From Syntrophales bacterium (GTDB lineage: Bacteria; Desulfobacterota; Syntrophia; Syntrophales; UBA2210), in assembly GCA_963666365.2 (NCBI GenBank), contig CAXXNF010000002.1, forward strand, positions 1,568,001-1,632,000: a stretch of 64,000 nucleotides of DNA, read 5' to 3'. The notes under the pieces are model-generated. The model ran no database searches and was not told the origin of the DNA. It saw only the letters and a list, made by a program, of their open reading frames with translations. The position numbers and the translations under genes were made by a program. Shown piece after piece: positions 57,144-64,000 of this stretch (position 1 is the first letter of the stretch; every line of letters starts with the position of its first letter).

Positions 57144-57306
57144 ATGCGAACTCCTTGTGCCTTTGGATGGGTGAGAGGTACTACAGAAAAGACAAAGAAG
57201 CAATCGTTTTAAAGTAGGAAGAGTAGGAACGTCAAAGGGAGTAAAAGTTCTGGTAAAAAGGGTCTGCCTTTGTTATACGTATTCGTTCATTTTATGTGCA
57301 TGAGGT

Positions 57307-58599
57307 ATGGCAATGAGCGAAAAAGCAACACTGATTATTGATGGAAACACTTATGAACTCCCGATCGTAACCGGGACTGAAGGCGAAAAAGCCATAGATA
57401 TTTCAGAGTTATTAAAGAGAACAGGATATATTACTCTTGATCCGGGCTATGTCAATACAGGAAACTGTATAAGCGCGATCACGTACATGGATGGGAAGAA
57501 AGGGGTTCTGAGATACCGCGGCATTCCCATTGAGCAGCTTGCCGAAAACTCCAGGTTCGTGGAGACCGCCTATCTTCTTATCCACGGTGAACTCCCTACC
57601 GCTCACGAACTTGCCTCTTTTTCAGGCCTCCTCAACGATCACTCACTGGTCCACGAAGACATGCGGGCCTTCTTCGAAAATTATCCCCGGCGCGCGCATC
57701 CCATGGGTATTCTGTCATCCATGGTTAACGCACTGCGGGCGTTTTATCCTGCCGTTCCCGAACGCTCCGAAGAAGAAGAAATAGACCTTACCGTTGCCAG
57801 ACTGCTGTCGAAAATACGAACAATGGCCGCCATGTCCTTCAGAATCTCACGGGGGCATCGAGTGGTCTATCCCTCCCATCAATTGAGTTATTGTGCAAAT
57901 TTCCTCAATATGATGTTTGACTCCCCTGTCCGGCCCTACGTGATTGATCCGGATCTGGTGCGCGCCCTTGACGTGTTTCTGATTCTGCATGCCGATCACG
58001 AACAGAACTGCTCAACCTCGGCCGTGAGGCATGTGGGAAGTGCGAAGGTAAATCTGTACGCCTCCATTTCCGCAGGCATCTGCGCCCTCTGGGGACCGCT
58101 TCACGGAGGCGCAAATCAGGCGGTAATCGAAATGTTGCAACAGATCTACGACAGCGGCGGCAATCCGGCGCCCTTTATCGCAAGGGCCAAGAACAAACAC
58201 GATCCCTACCGCCTCATGGGCTTCGGACACCGTGTCTACAAAACCTACGATCCGAGGGTCCCCATCATAAAAACAATGTGCCATCGAATTATGAACAAGC
58301 TCGGGATAGAAGATCCGCTGCTTGATATTGCGCAGAATCTCGAGGAAGTGGCAACCCACGATCCCTACTTCATCGAACACAATCTCTACCCCAATGTGGA
58401 CTTTTACAGCGGCATTCTGCTCCGCACAATGGGGGTTCCTTTGAACATGTTCCCCGTCATGTTCGCCATCGGGCGACTGCCCGGATGGATCAGCCAGTGG
58501 AAAGAAAGCATAGACGATCCGCAATGGAAGCTCCACCGTCCCCGTCAGGTATACAAGGGGCATGAAAAAAGAGAGTATGTGCCGATAGACAGGCGATAG
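57307..58599 (+). CDS. gltA: Citrate synthase (Si-type)
   Basis: DPGY.NT, HADHEQNCST, GPLHGGAN, MGFGHRVYK, YPNVDFYSG. Confidence 0.95.
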   Translation: MAMSEKATLIIDGNTYELPIVTGTEGEKAIDISELLKRTGYITLDPGYVNTGNCISAITYMDGKKGVLRYRGIPIEQLAENSRFVETAYLLIHGELPTAHELASFSGLLNDHSLVHEDMRAFFENYPRRAHPMGILSSMVNALRAFYPAVPERSEEEEIDLTVARLLSKIRTMAAMSFRISRGHRVVYPSHQLSYCANFLNMMFDSPVRPYVIDPDLVRALDVFLILHADHEQNCSTSAVRHVGSAKVNLYASISAGICALWGPLHGGANQAVIEMLQQIYDSGGNPAPFIARAKNKHDPYRLMGFGHRVYKTYDPRVPIIKTMCHRIMNKLGIEDPLLDIAQNLEEVATHDPYFIEHNLYPNVDFYSGILLRTMGVPLNMFPVMFAIGRLPGWISQWKESIDDPQWKLHRPRQVYKGHEKREYVPIDRR

Positions 58600-58605
58600 G
58601 TAATA

Positions 58606-58654
58606 GGTTGTGGGTTTTGGGTTGTGGGTTTTGGGTTGTGGGTTGTGGGTTATG
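58606..58654. repeat. Tandem repeat, 7 x 7 bp (GGTT[G/T/A]TG)
   Basis: GGTTGTG GGTTTTG GGTTGTG GGTTTTG GGTTGTG GGTTGTG GGTTATG. Confidence 0.9.
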
Positions 58655-58663
58655 ACCTGATGC

Positions 58664-59302
58664 TTACGCCTTTTCTCTTTCTGCGTTGTCTTTGAAGTGC
58701 TCGTAGTACTGGAATACCTTGGCGATATAATCCCGCGTCGCCTGAAACGGGGGGACGCCTCGGTGCATGCGCACTTTTCTAGAGCCCGCATTGTAGGCCG
58801 CCAGTGCCAGTTCGGTATTTCCGTCAAAACGCGTTATCATCAGTTTCAAATACCTTACACCGGCGTCTATATTTTCCCTCGGATCGAATATATTTTCCAC
58901 ACCGAGAGATTCAGCCGTACCCGGCATAAGTTGCATGAGCCCCCGTGCGCCCTTTTTTGAAATTGCCCGGGGATTATAGCCTGACTCAGCCATGATGACC
59001 GCCTTGACGAGCACGGGATCGACATGGTACCGACGTGCCGTTTGCTCAATAATTTCATCAAGGGAATCCGCCTCTTCGCGTTGAATCGGCGCCTGATTCA
59101 AAGGCGCGTTTTCTGAACGCAGGCATACTTCTTTCTGAACCGGTACTGGAGTGGAATAAGTGGTCTGTGCCGCATTGTGTGGCACCGTGGGAGTTGATCT
59201 GATACCGCCCCGGGAAAAACAGAGGACAAGAGTCAAGAGTACGGGAATGAGCAGACGGGCCAACAGAACCGCCCATAGTTGCCTTGGCAGCTCGTCATTC
59301 AT
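58664..59302 (-). CDS. Lytic transglycosylase (SLT domain)
   Basis: AVIMAES, GARGLMQLMP, ALAAYNAG. Confidence 0.92.
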   Translation of the reverse strand: MNDELPRQLWAVLLARLLIPVLLTLVLCFSRGGIRSTPTVPHNAAQTTYSTPVPVQKEVCLRSENAPLNQAPIQREEADSLDEIIEQTARRYHVDPVLVKAVIMAESGYNPRAISKKGARGLMQLMPGTAESLGVENIFDPRENIDAGVRYLKLMITRFDGNTELALAAYNAGSRKVRMHRGVPPFQATRDYIAKVFQYYEHFKDNAEREKA

Positions 59303-59455
59303 GGTATTCTCCTTTTACGAAACACGTATAAATCGCGGTACATAAATCTATACACGCACAATGTCAAGGATTTGTTTTTTTATTTAATGTTTGAACCGGC
59401 GGCAATGACGGTGTATATATCATGGTCGTTACTCATATTGAGAAGGATGGGCGCA

Positions 59456-60283
59456 ATGATTCTTGAAACTACAGTGCTCACAGGGGGGATCAGCTTTCCC
59501 GAAGGTCCCCGCTGGCACGAGGAAAAACTCTGGTTCTCCGACATGAATACGGGAGTGGTCATGACGGTCGATTGCGAAGGAACACTTGAACGGATAGTCC
59601 CTGTAGCGGGTCATCCCTCCGGACTCGGCTGGCTTCCGGACGGCAGACTTTTAATTGTCTCCATGCTCGACCGTCGACTGCTGCGTCTCGACCCCGGAGG
59701 CCTTACCGAAGTCGCTGATCTTTACGATCTCGCATCATACCATTGTAACGATATGGTCGTCGACGGAACGGGACGGGCGTACATCGGCAATTTCGGATTC
59801 GACCTCAACCGGCCTGATCCCTTTTCACCGGCGGAAATCGTGCTGGTCACTCCCGATGGATCGGCGCGCGTCGTGGCCCGCGACCTGGCCTTCCCCAACG
59901 GCTCTGTGATCACCCCAGACGGAAACACGCTTATTGTAGGTGAGTCATTCGGCGGGCGCCTTACCGCCTTTGACATCAGAGAGGACGGATCTCTCGACAA
60001 CCGTCGTCTCTGGGCGGACATTGCGCCGGCCACGCCCGACGGCATCTGCCTAGACGTCGAAGGTTGCATTTGGGTTGCATCGCCGGAAACTGGAGAAGTT
60101 CTGCGAGTCCGTGAAGGTGGTCTGATCACTCACCGTGTGAGGGTTTCGACCCGACCCTATGCCTGCATGCTTGGAGGCGAGGACCGCCGCACGCTTTTTG
60201 TCTGCACCTCCGGCGCTTCCCCCTTTAACGGCGGCCGCATTGAAACCGTAAAGGTCGAGGCTGCCGGCGCCGGATATCCCTGA
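59456..60283 (+). CDS. SMP-30/gluconolactonase/LRE family protein
   Basis: FPEGPRW, CNDMVVD, FPNG, PDGICLD. Confidence 0.9.
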   Translation: MILETTVLTGGISFPEGPRWHEEKLWFSDMNTGVVMTVDCEGTLERIVPVAGHPSGLGWLPDGRLLIVSMLDRRLLRLDPGGLTEVADLYDLASYHCNDMVVDGTGRAYIGNFGFDLNRPDPFSPAEIVLVTPDGSARVVARDLAFPNGSVITPDGNTLIVGESFGGRLTAFDIREDGSLDNRRLWADIAPATPDGICLDVEGCIWVASPETGEVLRVREGGLITHRVRVSTRPYACMLGGEDRRTLFVCTSGASPFNGGRIETVKVEAAGAGYP

Positions 60284-60376
60284 AGGCCGATGTCACCGAC
60301 CCGATGGTGGTGTGTTGCATGGCGGACACATGACATACACGGCTCCGAACAGCAATGACAGAAAAGGAGGTCATCA

Positions 60377-61192
60377 ATGAAAAAGGTAATTTCCGCGATT
60401 GTGATCGTTATAATTGTGGCGATTGTCGCCCTGCTGGCAGCGGGGTATCTGATGATGGGCAAAATCGTCCGTACGGGAATCGAAGTCATCGGCCCCGAAG
60501 CCACCGGTGTCGCGGTAACCGTTGACAACGTCGATATCGGACTCCTGCAGGGCAAAGTGGGACTGGACCGTTTTGTCATGGGAAATCCTCCCGGCTTTAC
60601 CAACAACAATTCATTCTCTTTAGATACCCTGAAGGTTGCCGTCGATCTCAACTCGGTCCTGGGCAACGTCATCGTTGTCAAAAATATTCTTGTAGACGGC
60701 GCACACATTACCTGGGAAGGGTTCGCCGGTGACAATCACAAAAAAATCATGCAGAACATCGATGCATACGCCGCACGATTCAAAAAAGAAGGGACGCCTA
60801 AGGAAACTAAAGAAACGAAGAAGGGAGGAGCACCCGAAAAAAAGGTGATTATCAACAATTTCATTCTCAAAAACAGTTCTCTCGACTTCATTGTGGGGGG
60901 CAAGAAAATCGCCACTATACCCGCTCCCGATCTCCATTTAACGGATATTGGGAGAAAAGAGGGCGGTCAGACTGTACAGGAGGCGATTAAACAGACCTAT
61001 CAGCAGGTCATAGCCGCTTTCGGCAAATCAGTGAGCTCCAACACCGCCATGCTTCGTAAAAAAATGACCGAACTGGGGGCAAAAGGGCAGGAATTGCTTA
61101 AACAGGGCGCCGACCTTTTGAAAAGCGACGGTGCATCCTCAGGACTGGATGATATTAAAAAGGGAGTAGGCGACCTTTTTAAAAAGAAATAA
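60377..61192 (+). CDS. Membrane-anchored AsmA-like hypothetical protein
   Basis: N-terminal TM helix, TGV.V.V, NPPGF, L.DIG..EGG motifs; strong RBS. Confidence 0.6.
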   Translation: MKKVISAIVIVIIVAIVALLAAGYLMMGKIVRTGIEVIGPEATGVAVTVDNVDIGLLQGKVGLDRFVMGNPPGFTNNNSFSLDTLKVAVDLNSVLGNVIVVKNILVDGAHITWEGFAGDNHKKIMQNIDAYAARFKKEGTPKETKETKKGGAPEKKVIINNFILKNSSLDFIVGGKKIATIPAPDLHLTDIGRKEGGQTVQEAIKQTYQQVIAAFGKSVSSNTAMLRKKMTELGAKGQELLKQGADLLKSDGASSGLDDIKKGVGDLFKKK

Positions 61193-61220
61193 AAGGAAAG
61201 GGGTTCGGCTGGATACTATC

Positions 61221-61772
61221 ATGAATGCGGGGAAAGGAGCGGCTTCGGCCATGCGGTTCTGCCCTTTGTGCGGGAGCGTGCTGAGGACCGACGATATCGA
61301 CGGGGTGCCAAGGCTTCACTGCAGTTCCGAAGAGTGCCCCTATGTATTCTGGAACAATCCCGTCCCTGTGGTTGCCGCTATTGTAGAACTCGAGGGGAAT
61401 GTGATTCTGATACAAAACAAGGGCTGGCCGGCGCATATTTACGGACTCGTCTCGGGGTTTCTCGAGAAGGGGGAAACGACGGATGAGGCAATACTGCGGG
61501 AAATAAGGGAAGAGCTCAACCTGAAGGGTGAACAGGTACACTTTATCGGACTGTATCCCTTTTTTGCTATGAACCAGATCATCATCGCCTATCATGTCGA
61601 GGCGTCGGGCCGCATTGAGATCGGTGAAGAACTGGCCGATTTCCGCATTGTACCGCCTCATCGCCTTCGCCCCTGGGACTTCGGCACGGGACCGGCCGTT
61701 CGCGACTGGCTGGCATCCAGGACAACAAATCAAGAAACCAACAAGGAGATACTCTCAAATGACCGCAGCTAA
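61221..61772 (+). CDS. NUDIX hydrolase with zinc ribbon (NudC-like)
   Basis: FCPLCG, GFLEKGET..EAILREIREEL Nudix box. Confidence 0.88.
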   Translation: MNAGKGAASAMRFCPLCGSVLRTDDIDGVPRLHCSSEECPYVFWNNPVPVVAAIVELEGNVILIQNKGWPAHIYGLVSGFLEKGETTDEAILREIREELNLKGEQVHFIGLYPFFAMNQIIIAYHVEASGRIEIGEELADFRIVPPHRLRPWDFGTGPAVRDWLASRTTNQETNKEILSNDRS

Positions 61773-62565
61773 CACAGAAGAAGTCATCTACCGCAAAGAG
61801 GGGCATATCGCCACTATCACGCTTAATCGTCCGGAACGACTCAACACCATATCGGCGGTCATGCTTGATTCGCTGGTGGAATGTTTCACCCGGGCCAATG
61901 AAGACCCTGAAGTGCGTGCCGTGATATTTACCGGCACCGGTCGTGCCTTCTGCGCCGGCCTTGACCTTCAGGCGCAAACGGGCGGCGGTGGCGAGGCGCT
62001 TATCGACGACAGCGGCGCCATTACCAATCTGAATCTTCGCAACACCCCTCCCACGGTGATGCATGCCATGGACAAGCCGACTATCTGCGCGCTGAACGGC
62101 TCTGCGGCAGGCTACGGTATGGATATGGCCCTTGGATGTGACATTCGCATCATGGCACAAGAAGCCAAAATGGCCGCCGCCTTTACCAAGCGAGGCATAC
62201 TCCCCGAATCGGGCGGAACCTGGTTTTTGCCGCGCCTTCTCGGGTGGTCAAAGGCAGCCGAATTGATATTTACGGGAAGAACACTTTCTGCGGCTGAATG
62301 CCTCCAATGGGGTCTCGTCTCGCAGGTAGCACCGGCGGAATCAGTCATGAAGGAGGCACAGAAACTGGCAGACGAAATCGCGGCAAATGCGCCGCTGGCA
62401 GTTCAGGCGGCCAAACGGATGATGCGCATGGGATACAACGAACCCTTTCCGGAACATGTGCATCATGTTTTTTTGCAGCTTATGGCGCTTATGAAAACAG
62501 ACGACATCAAAGAGGGCATGATCGCCTTCCTTGAAAAAAGGGACCCTCTCTTTAAGGGAAGATAG
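61759..62565 (+). CDS. Enoyl-CoA hydratase/isomerase family protein
   Basis: LNRPERLN, AFCAGLD, AAGYG, PESGGTWFLPRL; AAGGAG RBS. Confidence 0.88.
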   Translation: MTAANTEEVIYRKEGHIATITLNRPERLNTISAVMLDSLVECFTRANEDPEVRAVIFTGTGRAFCAGLDLQAQTGGGGEALIDDSGAITNLNLRNTPPTVMHAMDKPTICALNGSAAGYGMDMALGCDIRIMAQEAKMAAAFTKRGILPESGGTWFLPRLLGWSKAAELIFTGRTLSAAECLQWGLVSQVAPAESVMKEAQKLADEIAANAPLAVQAAKRMMRMGYNEPFPEHVHHVFLQLMALMKTDDIKEGMIAFLEKRDPLFKGR

Positions 62566-62582
62566 AAAGTTCGAAAGAGTCA

Positions 62583-63326
62583 ATGTCAGAGGATATCTAT
62601 ACCGGGCACTATACAATTCGCTACTCCGAAATAGGCGCCGACGGAAGATTGAAAGTCGGCGCCATTTTCAACTATCTGCAGGATGCGGCGGGGGAGCATG
62701 CAGCCCTTCTGGGAGTTTCGGGAGGGGATCTTCTTCCCCGAAATCAGGGCTGGGTGTTGTATCACTATTATCTTGCCATTGATTCCTTCCCGCTCTGGAA
62801 GGAAGATATTACCATCCGTACCTGGAAGTTCCCCTATCGCCGGCTTTACGAACTGAGGGAATTCGAAATAGAGGACCAGGCGGGATCAGTTATTGCGCGG
62901 GCAAAGAGTTCCTGGATTCTGATAGATCTCATATCGCGAAAACCGCTGCGCCTGGACAGAAATCTGCCCGATCAGGGCCATAACCACACAAGGGAGATAT
63001 CCTTTACCTTCAAAAAACTTCCCCCCGTCGAGCGCGTGGACAGGGAGGCCTTTTTTACGGTAAGGCCCCACGATCTCGATTTTAACAGACACGCGAACAA
63101 TACCTGTTTTATCCAGTGGGCCCTCGATTCCGTGTCTCCTGAAACGGCGGACCTGAGGCGTCCACAAAAAATCGAGGCGACCTTTCTCGGCGAGGCCCTG
63201 CGGGGCGATTCCCTTGCGTCGCAGGTACAGATTATGAAGGAGGCATCGAAGGAAGCTTTCCTCCACCGCATCATTAACAGGGAAAACGGCAAAGAACTGA
63301 CGCGACTTTCCACTGTCTGGCGGTAA
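62583..63326 (+). CDS. Acyl-ACP thioesterase
   Basis: YLQDAA..HA, P.W...I.I.TW, DLDFNRHANN. Confidence 0.88.
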   Translation: MSEDIYTGHYTIRYSEIGADGRLKVGAIFNYLQDAAGEHAALLGVSGGDLLPRNQGWVLYHYYLAIDSFPLWKEDITIRTWKFPYRRLYELREFEIEDQAGSVIARAKSSWILIDLISRKPLRLDRNLPDQGHNHTREISFTFKKLPPVERVDREAFFTVRPHDLDFNRHANNTCFIQWALDSVSPETADLRRPQKIEATFLGEALRGDSLASQVQIMKEASKEAFLHRIINRENGKELTRLSTVWR

Positions 63327-63350
63327 CAGTGACAATTCCTGCGGAAAAAG

Positions 63351-64000
63351 TTATTCCCTCGAAATGAAGGCTTCCGTCATACGATAGGCCTCATCGTCGG
63401 TATACTGCCTGAGCGGGTGCTTGCAAAAATAAGCCGACGGTCCCTCGAGAACCCCGCCTATTTTGCGATCGAGCGCCAGTTTGATGCAGCGGATTGCATC
63501 TATCGCCACACCGGCGGAATTGGGTGAATCTTCTACGGAAAGCCTGAGTTCCAGATTCATCGGCACATCGCCGAAAAGCGATCCTTCCATGCGCAGGAAG
63601 CACACCTTGTTATCCCTCTGCCAGGGGATGTAATCACTGGGACCGATACGAATATTTTTATTGTCAAGACGGCGCGCCGCCACTGACTGCACTGCCTCCG
63701 TTTTGGATTCCCTTTTTGAAATCAATCGCGTTCGATTCAGCATGTTGAGAAAGTCCGTATTGCCGCCGGTATTGAGCTGATAGGTCCGCTCCAGCTTTAC
63801 GCCCCTCTTCTTGAAAAGATCGGTGAGCACGCGATGTACGATGGTCGCGCCGAGCTGCGACTTGATATCGTCTCCGATGAGGGGAATGCCCCGTTCCTCA
63901 AAGCGGCGCGCCCATTCGCCGTTGCTGGCAATGAACACCGGCATGTTGTTGATGAAGGCCACCCCCGCTTCCAGCGCGGATTCGGCATAAAAACGGGCGG
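63351..64000 (-). CDS. ino1: Myo-inositol-1-phosphate synthase, C-terminal part (runs off window end)
   Basis: [37 protein letters not shown]. Confidence 0.93.
   Translation of the reverse strand, partial: ARFYAESALEAGVAFINNMPVFIASNGEWARRFEERGIPLIGDDIKSQLGATIVHRVLTDLFKKRGVKLERTYQLNTGGNTDFLNMLNRTRLISKRESKTEAVQSVAARRLDNKNIRIGPSDYIPWQRDNKVCFLRMEGSLFGDVPMNLELRLSVEDSPNSAGVAIDAIRCIKLALDRKIGGVLEGPSAYFCKHPLRQYTDDEAYRMTEAFISRE

Overview
Bacterial chromosomal window. Gene content (Ahb alternative haem pathway, many acyl-CoA enzymes, DUF1844, DacZ-like cyclase) suggests an anaerobic Desulfobacterota/Syntrophia-like organism; this is inference only. Core genes are prs (partial), tRNA-Gln, ispE, clpB, polA, a large hem/ahb cluster, prmA-rsmE, tRNA-Phe, csp, gltA and ino1 (partial). 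They are interspersed with fatty-acid/CoA metabolism genes and three paralogous orphan LivK-like binding proteins. Most notable observations: (i) a REP-associated tyrosine transposase (RAYT) bracketed by perfect 24-bp inverted repeats, with related copies that encode the C-terminus of the neighbouring antiporter or sit exactly on TAG stop codons of other genes; (ii) a TlpA/CXXC-peptide/polyferredoxin/Tat-FeS/cytochrome b operon with no catalytic subunit; (iii) hemC apparently starting at ATC; (iv) an htpX remnant; (v) a six-tract G3 repeat between convergent genes; (vi) a NemR-box-like palindrome before an old-yellow-enzyme gene. No CRISPR array, integrase or rRNA gene was seen. All protein calls come from motif recognition, not database searches.
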